Shown piece after piece: positions 1 through 9,140 of a stretch of DNA of 54,297 nucleotides (position 1 is the first letter of the stretch; each line of letters opens with the position of its first letter). The position numbers and the translations under genes were made by a program. Origin of the DNA: a virus (Duplodnaviria > Caudoviricetes); IMG/VR virus record IMGVR_UViG_3300009169_000027, positions 1-54,297 of that record; one strand, given 5' to 3'. The notes under the pieces are model-generated. The model was not told the origin of the DNA, did no database searches, and saw nothing but the letters and a program-made list of their open reading frames with translations.

Positions 1-73
1 CGATGCGCTGGCCGCTGTGCAGACGGCAAGGATTGCGCGCCTCACGTCCGACATCGTGGCAATGCAGGCGGCC
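1..73. repeat. Terminal direct repeat, copy 1 (circular assembly overlap)
   Basis: Bases 1-73 are identical to 54225-54297, and the reading frame continues across the junction. Confidence 0.95.
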
Positions 74-2062
74 TACGATGCCGCGCTGGCTGTCGAGGCT
101 GCCCGTCGCGCAGATGTGAACGCGGCCATCGCGGCCTACGTCCTGGCGATGCAGACAAGCCAGAACTCGGATGACTGGGCCGACGAGTTGGAAGCATGGG
201 AGGCGGCGCAGAAAGCCTACCTGCAGGCGCAGTCGCAAAGCGCCCCGCTGCGCATCCAGCGCGATCTGCTGACCTCGCAGAAGACGCAGGCCGAGCGCGA
301 ACAGGCCAGACTGCAAAACCTGACGCTCACGGAGTCGCGCGATGCCTGGTGCGTGGACCTGACCGAGGACGGCACCGGTGAGGTTGCGACCGTGGAAATT
401 ATCGGCGAAACAGACAGAGTTTTGATTGCTGCTGGCTGCCGCCCACCGGTGTCGGCTGATGGTGTTTCGACCGATACGGCGGTCACTTCCCCAGAACAGG
501 CATATTGGAATTACGCTGCGTTGCCCGGCTGGCAACGCTGGCTGCCAACGTATCGAACCGGAATCATTAGCGACATCGACTACACAGAGCACACAGCGAC
601 TGTCACACTGGACGCCGCAACGTCGAGTGCGCAAGCGCTAAACGTGAACCCAGAAGACCCGGTGTTGCTGAACGTCCCGATCACGTACATGACGTGCGAC
701 AGCTACGCCTTCGAGGAAGACGATAACGTAGTCGTGATGTTTCCGACACGCGACTTCGCTGCGCCGACCGTCATCGGTTTCGCGGCGCGCCCGAAGTCGT
801 GCTACTGGGGTCAGGGCTGGTCTTTCGACTCCGGTAATTTTGTTCGGCGCACAGAGGGGTCGCCGTGGTTGTGGCGCCCAAACGTACAGGGCGGCGCGAA
901 CACCAGTTGGACAGGCACCGGGCGAGTCGGCTCTACTGTACGCACGGTGAGCTGGCACGGGCGCGTCGGTAAACACATTGGCAAGCTCCCGGTCCAAGAC
1001 TCTGTCAGTGTGTACTGGCTCGGCCGCACGTATTACTTTCCATACCCGGTCCACGGCGCATTTGCAGAAGAAGACGCCGACGGTGTCGTGTGGATTTACG
1101 CGCAGTGCCGCGATCACGTTACGACACCGGCGACCGGAGAAAAGCTGTACCGTATTCGCGAAGACCAAACGCTAACGTTCCCGAGCGTCGCCGAGCTCGT
1201 CTCATCGTGGTTGCCGCAAACGTGGAGGGCGAGCATCGGTCAGTTCACGAATGAGTCTCGAACCAATTACTGTTCGGTGTTCTGGAATAGTTCGGCCACC
1301 GCAGCTGTCGGCATGGTGTGGTCAAGTACGGTCTGGCCGTACAACCTCGTCCGCTACACGCGCGACGGCGATTGCACGCCGGAAATGACCTATAGCGACG
1401 CGATCACTGGCGGCAGCGACAACGAGAGTTACGTGCTCGGCGTTGAATACGACGGTGACACAGAAGTGCAGTGCGTTGTGCAGCGCAGCGGCAGCGGCGG
1501 GTACGTCGGCGAAGTCTGGTACGCGTCAGGCGAGGCGTCAGTAACCATTGGTGGCTCCACCGTTCTGCACACGTCGTATGACGTTAACTCGCACATTTCT
1601 GGCACCGTCCCGGTCTGGGGGCTAACCGGCGAAACGACCTCGGCATACGTGATCGCTGTTGACGTAGTAGCGCGTTCTATTTCGTACCTCATGATCGAGT
1701 CTTCAGCAGACGACGGGTGGACGTCCACTAGGGCTCACGCCGTCATGTGCGGCACGACCGTATCGACAGCAGGACCGACGACCCCGGCCTCAACCGGAGC
1801 GTATACCTCGGGCACGGCCATCGTGCCATACGGCAACCTCCTACCAAACGACAGCAATCCTGTCGGCACGTTCGCATTCGCTTACGGCCGCGGTCAATAC
1901 ATGGGGCAGTTCCGCGCCCCGACGATCACCATCGGCGCTCTAGCCATCACGATAAACTTCAATGGTGAGCTAAACTGGGCGACCGGGAGCGAGGTCAAAC
2001 AAGAATTGATTGTTGAGACCGGTGCTCCCGCCTATCCGTACAGCTACATCGGTGTGATCTGA
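2..2062 (+). CDS. Tail tip / minor tail protein (3' part; true start at 54148 across the junction)
   Basis: Frame is continuous with ATG 54148 (MGRGTISAGG...ERDALAAVQTARIARL). N-terminal coiled coil, then beta-rich Trp/Thr/Ser region. Last gene of the tail module. Confidence 0.65.
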   Translation, partial: DALAAVQTARIARLTSDIVAMQAAYDAALAVEAARRADVNAAIAAYVLAMQTSQNSDDWADELEAWEAAQKAYLQAQSQSAPLRIQRDLLTSQKTQAEREQARLQNLTLTESRDAWCVDLTEDGTGEVATVEIIGETDRVLIAAGCRPPVSADGVSTDTAVTSPEQAYWNYAALPGWQRWLPTYRTGIISDIDYTEHTATVTLDAATSSAQALNVNPEDPVLLNVPITYMTCDSYAFEEDDNVVVMFPTRDFAAPTVIGFAARPKSCYWGQGWSFDSGNFVRRTEGSPWLWRPNVQGGANTSWTGTGRVGSTVRTVSWHGRVGKHIGKLPVQDSVSVYWLGRTYYFPYPVHGAFAEEDADGVVWIYAQCRDHVTTPATGEKLYRIREDQTLTFPSVAELVSSWLPQTWRASIGQFTNESRTNYCSVFWNSSATAAVGMVWSSTVWPYNLVRYTRDGDCTPEMTYSDAITGGSDNESYVLGVEYDGDTEVQCVVQRSGSGGYVGEVWYASGEASVTIGGSTVLHTSYDVNSHISGTVPVWGLTGETTSAYVIAVDVVARSISYLMIESSADDGWTSTRAHAVMCGTTVSTAGPTTPASTGAYTSGTAIVPYGNLLPNDSNPVGTFAFAYGRGQYMGQFRAPTITIGALAITINFNGELNWATGSEVKQELIVETGAPAYPYSYIGVI

Positions 2063-2148
2063 GTCTGTATCCTCCTGAGCTTGAGGGCTTCTCGAGCATC
2101 GGACTCACGGACGCGGTACACTGTGTTCACCGCAGCAGGAGAACACAA

Positions 2149-2430
2149 GTGACAACACCGTTCAGCATCGCCGACGACCTCGAGTTCTACATGGGCGATC
2201 GCACCGACGAGCAGTTCTTTTCCGGCGGCCGGTTCAGCACGACCAAGGTGCTGCGGACCGTAGCTGCTGTCAACCCGGATGCAACGCGCGCCATGTTCCT
2301 GGCCGGTTGCGCCCTGGCCGGTGTCTGTGCTGCCACCGCCACCAAGCAGTTCGGCCTCTCCCGCAGGTTCTCGGTTGTCGAGTTCGGCGACTGCGCCGTC
2401 CTCCCCGACGGTCGGCTGGTTGACCTGTAA
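2149..2430 (+). CDS. Hypothetical early protein
   Basis: RBS AGGAG before GTG; stop abuts promoter cassette 1. Confidence 0.7.
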   Translation: MTTPFSIADDLEFYMGDRTDEQFFSGGRFSTTKVLRTVAAVNPDATRAMFLAGCALAGVCAATATKQFGLSRRFSVVEFGDCAVLPDGRLVDL

Positions 2431-2521
2431 ACCCTCAGAGGGTTTGGAACTCGTTGACATCATGAGCTCCTGCCCCTAGTATTCACTCACTCGCTACCGA
2501 TCCACCCCAGAAAGGTCCAAA
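2429..2521 (+). promoter_or_regulatory. Promoter cassette 1: palindrome AAACCCTCAGAGGGTTT, TTGACA-17-TAGTAT, leader CCACCCCAGAAAGG
   Basis: Palindrome 2429-2445, -35 at 2454-2459, -10 at 2477-2482, RBS motif 2502-2515, ATG 2522. Confidence 0.85.
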
Positions 2522-2758
2522 ATGAACGCCAAGCAAAACAACATCGCACGTGTCCTTACCGACCGGGTCTGCTACCTGTACAAGCACGACGGCAACTGGA
2601 CGTTCAAGACTGAGCAACTCGACTCCGGCGAGATCATGATCTCCGGTTCCAACAACAACGACCTGCGCTGGTTCGAAAAGTCGTACCTGCTGCTCGCCTT
2701 CATCGGCCCGCGCGGCGGGTTGAAGTTCTCCCCTGTCTCCGACATCAAGGCGCTCTGA
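2522..2758 (+). CDS. Hypothetical early protein
   Basis: First gene behind cassette 1; strong RBS. Confidence 0.8.
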   Translation: MNAKQNNIARVLTDRVCYLYKHDGNWTFKTEQLDSGEIMISGSNNNDLRWFEKSYLLLAFIGPRGGLKFSPVSDIKAL

Positions 2759-2760
2759 AC

Positions 2761-3117
2761 ATGTCCCGCAACAACACCGTCACGATGGGCATTCACATCG
2801 TTGCCCTGACGACCGAGATTTTCGAGGTCGCTCCGGCCGTCGGCCAGGCCCTCCGGTGGGAGCTGGACGGGGAGTTCACCGACGTTGAGGCGTACTTGAC
2901 GAGCATGCCCTGGAACGGCGGTAAGCTCGAGCTCCGGGTGATGTGCGCCACGCAGTACGACGACGCACCGATCGGAGCCGCCATGTGCGCGATCAACTGG
3001 GTGAACCACCACTCCGGCTCGTTCATGTGTAACGTCTACGTGCCCGGTGTCGCCGCGGCCATGTTCCAACTCGGGCAGACGCTCCAGTTTGCCTCCAGCG
3101 TCCAGTCGAAGGAGTAG
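2761..3117 (+). CDS. Hypothetical protein
   Basis: Tightly packed in the + strand operon. Confidence 0.7.
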   Translation: MSRNNTVTMGIHIVALTTEIFEVAPAVGQALRWELDGEFTDVEAYLTSMPWNGGKLELRVMCATQYDDAPIGAAMCAINWVNHHSGSFMCNVYVPGVAAAMFQLGQTLQFASSVQSKE

Positions 3118-3120
3118 ACT

Positions 3121-3384
3121 ATGGGTTACGCACTGTTGATCAAGACGGCCGACGGCCGGAAGTGGGTTGCCACTCGCGGGCGGCGACTCACCAACGATCC
3201 AGACCGGGCGATGTACTATCCCCACCCGTCGACGGTCTACCGGGCGATCGACGGGTTCGAACAGAAAACGCGCTACACCCTCGGGCCTTGTGAGTTCTAC
3301 TTGGTCAAGATCAAACACGTCCGCGACTATTGGTCCGGGGTGCACGCGTGGCCCAAACCCGTTCACATGGAGGTAAAGCAATGA
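3121..3384 (+). CDS. Hypothetical protein
   Basis: RBS AAGGAG; operon packing. Confidence 0.7.
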   Translation: MGYALLIKTADGRKWVATRGRRLTNDPDRAMYYPHPSTVYRAIDGFEQKTRYTLGPCEFYLVKIKHVRDYWSGVHAWPKPVHMEVKQ

Positions 3385-3581
3385 ACAACACAACCAGACG
3401 TCACCCCCGAACACTGGCCGAGGCTTTTCCGTGCGAGCGGTATGGCACCGTGTTCGGCCCGTACACCCGGACGCTGATCCGCTACCGATGGCGTGACCGC
3501 CTTTACTGGGCAGCCGCGATCGCCTGCCTGTCCGCCATCTTCGCCGCCCCCGCCATCGGCGCGTTTCTGGGCTTCTGGTGA
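3381..3581 (+). CDS. Small membrane protein
   Basis: GGAGG RBS, ATGA overlap, C-terminal hydrophobic helix (LYWAAAIACLSAIFAAPAIGAFLGFW). Confidence 0.7.
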   Translation: MNNTTRRHPRTLAEAFPCERYGTVFGPYTRTLIRYRWRDRLYWAAAIACLSAIFAAPAIGAFLGFW

Positions 3582-3663
3582 GCTTTGGATGGTCCCCCGG
3601 TAGGGTAGCACCTACCGGGCAGCGATCGGCGCCTGTAGCGCATCCTGGCGCGCCCTGGCACCC
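3575..3663 (+). repeat. Dispersed ~90-bp element, copy A
   Basis: Ungapped similarity to 11137-11225: CTGGTGnGCTT-N13-GGTAGGGTAG-N13-GCGATCGGCGC-N5-GCGCAnCCTGGCGnGCCC. Confidence 0.65.
3596..3619. terminator. Hairpin between convergent operons
   Basis: Perfect 9-bp inverted repeat CCCGGTAGG-gtagca-CCTACCGGG; no U-tract. Confidence 0.4.
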
Positions 3664-4130
3664 ACCCACGGCACGGCCGCTCTAGTTATGGCCTGGGGTA
3701 GGGTAGGGCCGATTAGCTGAAAGCTGTGCCAGGCGGCGGATTCCCCTAGCCGGCTGGCCGTCCATAGCTCGATCTCCGGCCACACCGGCAGCGGGTGGTG
3801 TGCCAGGTCGATCAGCCAGGTCCCTTCCGGGTCCCCGATCGCCACGAACACGCGCCCACCTGCCGACAGGCGACGCGCTGCCCAGATGATCTGCGATCGC
3901 CGCAGCCCGTTGCCGCGACCGAGCACCGGTGTTGACGAGCGAACCGGGTGGCGGGGAGCGTACTTCAACTCCATCTTGCCGTGAACACCGGCGACGCAAT
4001 AGTCGACGTCCGGGGTCCCCACCGCGACGGCGTTCTCCACCCGTTCGAAGTGGCAGCGCATCCCAGCCGCCCGGCACTCGTTGACCAACAGGGGTCGCAG
4101 GCGCGCCGTCCAGAAGCGCGCCTCGATCAC
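3612..4130 (-). CDS. PD-(D/E)xK nuclease, Holliday-junction resolvase / VRR-NUC-like
   Basis: FERVEN...GTPDVDY...MELK motif; directly downstream of the polymerase. Confidence 0.7.
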   Translation of the reverse strand: MIEARFWTARLRPLLVNECRAAGMRCHFERVENAVAVGTPDVDYCVAGVHGKMELKYAPRHPVRSSTPVLGRGNGLRRSQIIWAARRLSAGGRVFVAIGDPEGTWLIDLAHHPLPVWPEIELWTASRLGESAAWHSFQLIGPTLPQAITRAAVPWVGARARQDALQAPIAAR

Positions 4131-6121
4131 TTACATGCGCCCCAGTTCGGGCCGATGCTCTGATCAGCCATGATCGGGACCCGCAGTGTGAGGCAGCTCT
4201 CCATGATGTGCCTGACCTCGTTCAGCGCGTCCTGCCCCGCTTTCGTCGGTGGCACGCTGTGTCCTGTCTCGTCGTGACACGTCAGGAGCATCGGACCGAG
4301 TTGCCGTTCGATACCGGCGCGGTCTATCTCGCGCATGGCCACCTTCATTAGGTCGGCAGCCGATCCTTGGAGAAGCCTGTTCAACGCCTTGTGCGTAAAC
4401 GCACGGCGAATTCGTCCGTCGTATTTCAAGGTCGCTTCGTGTTCGGGTAAGGCGACGATGTTATCGCGGTCACCGTAGACTGGCTCGAACAACGGGAACC
4501 GAGCGCGCCTGTTAAGTATCGTCACGATGTACCCGCGCGAGGTCGCCGTTTGCTGCGCTGCGTCGTAAGTGGCTTTCACGAACGGGACGCCGGTGTGGTA
4601 CGCGTTGAACAGCTCGTCGCCGGCCTTCTCATCCAGCCCGAGGTCGCGCGTTAGCTTTGGCTTGCCCATGCCGTAGCACAAGCCGAAGTTAATGTTCTTG
4701 ACTGGCTTGCGATCCAGCGTCGTGCCTGTCACGTCCTTGATCAGCGCTTGCGTCATGTTGTGGAAGTCGGTCGTCGGGTCGTCCCTGTACCGCTGCCGCA
4801 CAACGTTACCGCTCCGGCCCCTGGCGTAATGCGCGAGGAACCGATACTCGATCTGGGACCAGTCGTGCCGACCCCATGCCTCACCATCCTCCGGGATAAA
4901 CAGGGCGCGGAGCTTGGGTCCCCACACCGGGTCCCGTGCAGGTATGTTCTGGAGGTTGGGCAGCGACGACGAGAAGCGGCCCGACACGGTTCCGTTCTCG
5001 TCTGTCTTCAACGGATGGAACAACGCGTGCAGGCGACCGTCGACGTGGAGGTCGAGGACGTAGCCCCGGACAAACGTGTTGCGGTACTTCTCGAGTTTGC
5101 GCCGTTCGACAATCAACACCGCAGCCGGGTGGTTGACGTGGTTCAGGTAGTCCTTGGCAAACGACGGCTTGTTCGTCTTGGCTGTGCGGGGGTAGGCGAT
5201 CCCTGCCGCGTCGAACAGGCGCTGGATGTCGGTCACGATGTTGACGTCGATCTTCCGCCCGGCGATGGCCTCGAGCCTGGCGTCGAGCTCAGCGATCGCC
5301 ACCGTTAGCTCGTCGTCCAAACGCTTGGCGTATTCAAGATCGATGCGCACGCCCCGGTGTCGCATCCGAACGAGTTGCGGCGTTAGGTCACACTCAAGCT
5401 CGAACAGGGCTGTCAGGCCCTGTGCCTCTAACTGCGGTCGCTGGTGCTCGTAGATGCGCAACGGCAGGTCCACGTCACCTTCCGCGTACGGGCCAACGAG
5501 GCACGGCGGGCAGCGCCAGATGTTTGCCCTGTAATTCTCGTCGTCGCCATAGGCCCGCAGTGCCCAGTCCTGCAGGTCGTCCTTGACTTTCGTTTCGCCG
5601 AGATAGGACAGGGCCAGCTTCTCGAGGGCGTACGTGCGCCGGTTCTCGTCCAGCAGCGCCTCGGCGTATTGGACATCGAGGAACGGGCCGGTTACCGGCA
5701 CACCCTCCGACCAAAGACAGTCGACGTCGTACCCGATGTTTGCCCCGATCTTCGTTTGGCCTTCCGAGCATAGGTTGTCACGCGCCCAACGCAACACCGC
5801 ACCCGGCTCCAGGTTCTGCTCGGGGGCGATCGTGTGGCGCATCGGGAAGTACCAGCGCCCCCCGTCCGGCGTGCCGACAGCCAGGCCGACCATGTGAGCA
5901 GCATCCTCGTCGCGTCGCCGGAATCCAGGGCCGCGGGTGGGTAGGGCTGGGTCCTTCGTTTCGCAGTCGATGGCAAGCAACCTGGCATCAGCCAGGCGAG
6001 GGAATTCTGTGGGGGCCGTCCACCCGGTATCGGGGATGGCCGGAGTCGGCCTGTCGTACGAGCCGCGCTTGACTTTAACTGGCAGGTCTTCCCAGAAGAA
6101 GCCGAGCGCGTCGTCTCTCAT
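4127..6121 (-). CDS. polA: Family A DNA polymerase with 3'-5' exonuclease
   Basis: Exo I AIDCETKD; SGRFSSSLPNLQNIP; motif A DWSQIEYR; motif B RKPVKNINFGLCYG; motif C CHDE. Confidence 0.95.
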   Translation of the reverse strand: MRDDALGFFWEDLPVKVKRGSYDRPTPAIPDTGWTAPTEFPRLADARLLAIDCETKDPALPTRGPGFRRRDEDAAHMVGLAVGTPDGGRWYFPMRHTIAPEQNLEPGAVLRWARDNLCSEGQTKIGANIGYDVDCLWSEGVPVTGPFLDVQYAEALLDENRRTYALEKLALSYLGETKVKDDLQDWALRAYGDDENYRANIWRCPPCLVGPYAEGDVDLPLRIYEHQRPQLEAQGLTALFELECDLTPQLVRMRHRGVRIDLEYAKRLDDELTVAIAELDARLEAIAGRKIDVNIVTDIQRLFDAAGIAYPRTAKTNKPSFAKDYLNHVNHPAAVLIVERRKLEKYRNTFVRGYVLDLHVDGRLHALFHPLKTDENGTVSGRFSSSLPNLQNIPARDPVWGPKLRALFIPEDGEAWGRHDWSQIEYRFLAHYARGRSGNVVRQRYRDDPTTDFHNMTQALIKDVTGTTLDRKPVKNINFGLCYGMGKPKLTRDLGLDEKAGDELFNAYHTGVPFVKATYDAAQQTATSRGYIVTILNRRARFPLFEPVYGDRDNIVALPEHEATLKYDGRIRRAFTHKALNRLLQGSAADLMKVAMREIDRAGIERQLGPMLLTCHDETGHSVPPTKAGQDALNEVRHIMESCLTLRVPIMADQSIGPNWGACK

Positions 6122-6516
6122 TTGTGCGGTGTTATCTGTTCGAGGACGGCGATCGCCTCATCGATTGTGGAGGTGAAGATATCTGTGTGCCGCACGAGCC
6201 ACGGCGACCGGTTGACGTGACTCACGTCGATCACGATGACAGGCATACGCAAGATGCGGTGTGCGTAGAATATCTCCATCGACGTGCCAACGGACGGGCC
6301 ATCGTAATAGACCAGCAGTGCGTCGCACCGCCGGATGTCGTTCAGGTCGTCCTCAACGAGTTGCCTGTAGTTCGTAAGCTCGCGGCCGCGGTAGTCCCGG
6401 CGCATCGGGTTCGAGCAGTGACCGCGATACTTCTTCTGGACAGTCTCGCGCCACGCAACGCACTGCTCGTCCGTTCGATTCTGGATAGCGCCGCAGAGAT
6501 AGATTGATGCGTACAT
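6118..6516 (-). CDS. Nucleoside 2-deoxyribosyltransferase / nucleotide N-hydrolase-like protein
   Basis: IYLCGAI...NPM...DIRRCDALL...SVGTSMEIFYA pattern with candidate catalytic Glu. Confidence 0.75.
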   Translation of the reverse strand: MYASIYLCGAIQNRTDEQCVAWRETVQKKYRGHCSNPMRRDYRGRELTNYRQLVEDDLNDIRRCDALLVYYDGPSVGTSMEIFYAHRILRMPVIVIDVSHVNRSPWLVRHTDIFTSTIDEAIAVLEQITPHK

Positions 6517-6527
6517 TACACCCTCGA

Positions 6528-7490
6528 TTATCGTACACCACCGAGAACCCCAACAAGCCGCTCAAACAGGAAAGCGTGAGCATCCGATCGGGGCCTGTGC
6601 CACTGGACGTGCGTCGCGGTACCGAAGACCATCGCGGCCATTCGAGCTGACACGCGGCCGTGATCCGGCAGCGGCTCCAGCCCCTCCGCCACGAACGATT
6701 CGTCCGTCAGCATTAGGCCCGCAGCGTTGAACTCGATCAGCGGATTACGTTCCGGAGATAGCCGTGTCGCTGCGGACAACATGTCCTCGAGGTCGTGGTG
6801 TATCGGCTCCCAATCGCTGTCGTCCAGGCCGTCCAAAAGACTGTCAACGGTTTTCGTTGGCCACTCCCCAGCCACGAGCAGGGTGCGCACCCACGAGCCG
6901 TCCCCGTAGTAGAACGTGACAGACCTGTCCGTGTGCCCGAACGACGTCGCATCTCCGCGCTCGATGATCGCCTGCAAGACGTTGATCGGGATATTCACCG
7001 GAGGCTCCACCGGATCGGGCAGCGGGTGCCTCGTGACGGTTGCGTTGTTCGTTGCGTACGCGAACGGTCCCGACAGGCAAACACTCGTAGCCCATGGACG
7101 CGAAGCGTCGGTGGCGACAAACGGCTCCAGCAGCTTGAGGACGTGGATCACACCGGTGAGGTCGATCGTGTCGGGTGGGTCCGGCTCCGTGAGTGGGTAG
7201 TCCGCTTCGCTGACCTGTAGCCGCGCCCGAGCGCGCCCCGAACTCACGGTAACGAACGAGCCGGTGACTGACACCTTGGGCGTCCCTTTACAGGCCAGCA
7301 GTGCGGCGGCCAAGCGCTCGGCGTTGACAACCATAGCGGGCAACTCCGTTGGGATGTCGACCCAGTAGCGGCCGTTACCGATCTGCGCCCTGTTGCCGCC
7401 CGGAGTTTCGTACACGCGCGCGTCCCCGAGCACGGGTTGATAACTGCCACCAGCGTGCGCTGCAAAGCGCTTGAATTGTTCGTAGTCCAT
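6528..7490 (-). CDS. DNA sliding-clamp (Pol III beta)-like protein
   Basis: 320 aa; FVATDASRPWATSVCL...YATNN and GEWP resemble beta-clamp motifs; next to the polymerase. Confidence 0.6.
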   Translation of the reverse strand: MDYEQFKRFAAHAGGSYQPVLGDARVYETPGGNRAQIGNGRYWVDIPTELPAMVVNAERLAAALLACKGTPKVSVTGSFVTVSSGRARARLQVSEADYPLTEPDPPDTIDLTGVIHVLKLLEPFVATDASRPWATSVCLSGPFAYATNNATVTRHPLPDPVEPPVNIPINVLQAIIERGDATSFGHTDRSVTFYYGDGSWVRTLLVAGEWPTKTVDSLLDGLDDSDWEPIHHDLEDMLSAATRLSPERNPLIEFNAAGLMLTDESFVAEGLEPLPDHGRVSARMAAMVFGTATHVQWHRPRSDAHAFLFERLVGVLGGVR

Positions 7491-8432
7491 TTAGATGAAC
7501 GTCACCTGCCTGCGAACGAAACGGGGGCGCAGCGTCTTCATGTAATTCCGGTAGAAGCGGATGTTCCACTTATCGCGCCAGCCGTAGCCGGCTCCCAGGT
7601 CATCCACGCTCAACCCCTCCGCCTCGATCTTCGATCGAATGTGCTCTTGCGACACCGCGTCCAGGGACCAGAAGCTCCTGCCCGCTTCTTTCGTTGCGGG
7701 GCTCTGCTTGGACATCGACAGGATGCGGGGGCGGCCGCTCGGTGTGGGCCAGAGGATGGACCCGAACATCCCGATTTGAACCCACGACGTCGAGTCGACA
7801 GAGAACCACGGGTAGCGCTCCATTAGCTCGAACGTGGTGAGACCAAAGCCGTGGACCTTGACTCGTGCGGTACCGTCCGGCAGCGCGAGGTAGCGGTCGA
7901 AGATATGGTCGAGCCAGTCGAGCAGGTACGGCGTGGACTCCGGGACCATCCCCCCGAGGAAAATGTAGTCGTAGCCCTCGTCCAGATACTTCACGAGCCA
8001 GCGATCGTCGTCCCGTGCGTGATGTACAGGACACACGCGCACGGGCAGCCGCATCGCCTCGAGCGCCTTCTGGTTGGCGTAACTGTCCGCCTCACGCCCT
8101 GCACCGATCGCATCAACGTTCGACGCGACTGTAATGTAGTCTTGGGCGCTGATCAGATAACTCGCGTACGCGTCGAGATCGACGTCGATGCCAAGCGTGA
8201 ACATGGAGAACGCTCCCGAGTCCATGAACAGCTTGTCGTTGTTGTAGCGGATGATCTCGTCATACTGATTGCGCCCGACGTAGTGATACGACTCGAGCAG
8301 ATACGGATAGCGCTCGGACGCCGCCGCGGCCTGCAACGGGTTGTGCGATCGCGGATCGGCGCGCGCACCGTTGTACCGTGCCGCAAGGTATATGTGGACG
8401 TGGTCGTCCTCAGTTGACTGTGGGGTTGTCAT
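7491..8432 (-). CDS. dpdA: DNA 7-deazaguanine transglycosylase (TGT-fold, DpdA-like)
   Basis: LFMDSGAFS, NVDAIG, PVHH, LGGMV, KVHGFG, FSVDSTSW motifs; clustered with preQ0 synthesis genes. Confidence 0.85.
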   Translation of the reverse strand: MTTPQSTEDDHVHIYLAARYNGARADPRSHNPLQAAAASERYPYLLESYHYVGRNQYDEIIRYNNDKLFMDSGAFSMFTLGIDVDLDAYASYLISAQDYITVASNVDAIGAGREADSYANQKALEAMRLPVRVCPVHHARDDDRWLVKYLDEGYDYIFLGGMVPESTPYLLDWLDHIFDRYLALPDGTARVKVHGFGLTTFELMERYPWFSVDSTSWVQIGMFGSILWPTPSGRPRILSMSKQSPATKEAGRSFWSLDAVSQEHIRSKIEAEGLSVDDLGAGYGWRDKWNIRFYRNYMKTLRPRFVRRQVTFI

Positions 8433-8733
8433 CGGCTAACTCGCATTTCAGTATGACGACAAGTCCCTTCGCCCAGTTCTCCGCCCGGTCTGGCCGGTTG
8501 TGGAGGATGGTCTGCGCAATGGCGATGTTCAAGGCGCGCGCTGTGTCCAGCTCCTCCAGAATCTCGACGCTGTGCGCAAGGAAGCCGGCGATCAGTTCGA
8601 TGTCTTCGACCTCCAAGATAGCCCGTTCCCCGTCTGCGTGGTGTTGGGTCAAGCGACCAAGCAGCGCGGCGAGGTCGTTAAAAAGAAACGTAGTCACTTT
8701 CTGCCCCTTATTGTTTGACCGCACTCCGGGCAC
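8410..8733 (-). CDS. Hypothetical protein
   Basis: Fills the operon between dpdA and folE; start uncertain. Confidence 0.5.
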   Translation of the reverse strand: MPGVRSNNKGQKVTTFLFNDLAALLGRLTQHHADGERAILEVEDIELIAGFLAHSVEILEELDTARALNIAIAQTILHNRPDRAENWAKGLVVILKCELADDNPTVN

Positions 8734-8915
8734 GTTGGCTCCGGTCGCACGATGTTTTGGAGATGGTTTAGTGTAGCCCGATTTCGGACCCGCCTGAGTG
8801 TCGGTCGCTTATCGTGGGCGCTAATGTGCTGATAGGCCTCGATGACGTTTAGGTGGCTATCGACGCTCACCGTGTATTGCACGCTGCCCCGGTGTAGCGT
8901 TAGGTGTCTTATCAT
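8694..8915 (-). CDS. Hypothetical protein with CPECG motif
   Basis: Operon packing; start uncertain. Confidence 0.4.
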   Translation of the reverse strand: MIRHLTLHRGSVQYTVSVDSHLNVIEAYQHISAHDKRPTLRRVRNRATLNHLQNIVRPEPTCPECGQTIRGRK

Positions 8916-9057
8916 CGCTGATCTTTTTTGCCGCCTCCTGCATTTGATACAGGCAGGCACGCAGGCAGTTGATCTCGGACTCCATCTCGGCAAACTCCTG
9001 CGACAGGCCGGCGCAGTCCGCGGCCTTGCGCAGTTCTTTCAGGTCGGTGTCGGTCAC
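8857..9057 (-). CDS. Hypothetical coiled-coil protein
   Basis: GTGA overlap with the upstream ORF. Confidence 0.45.
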   Translation of the reverse strand: MTDTDLKELRKAADCAGLSQEFAEMESEINCLRACLYQMQEAAKKISDDKTPNATPGQRAIHGERR

Positions 9058-9140
9058 GCCACCGCCGCGATCGTGTACAGGAGAAAGAGAGTCGCGGCGA
9101 TGACGACAAACGTCATCCAGTAAACGTCGCCGTTTTTCAT
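9054..9140 (-). CDS. 28-aa membrane peptide
   Basis: MKNGDVYWMTFVVIAATLFLLYTIAAVA; ATGA overlap with the folE stop. Confidence 0.5.
   Translation of the reverse strand: MKNGDVYWMTFVVIAATLFLLYTIAAVA

Noticed and set aside
2063-2148. Ninth promoter cassette
   Set aside because: Has TACACT and a GAGGGCTT half-site but no properly spaced -35 and no leader motif
2429-2445. CCCTC[A/T]GAGGG palindrome as an intrinsic terminator
   Set aside because: One-base centre, at most three following U, and fixed phasing to the -35 favour a protein-binding site; a weak terminator role is not excluded
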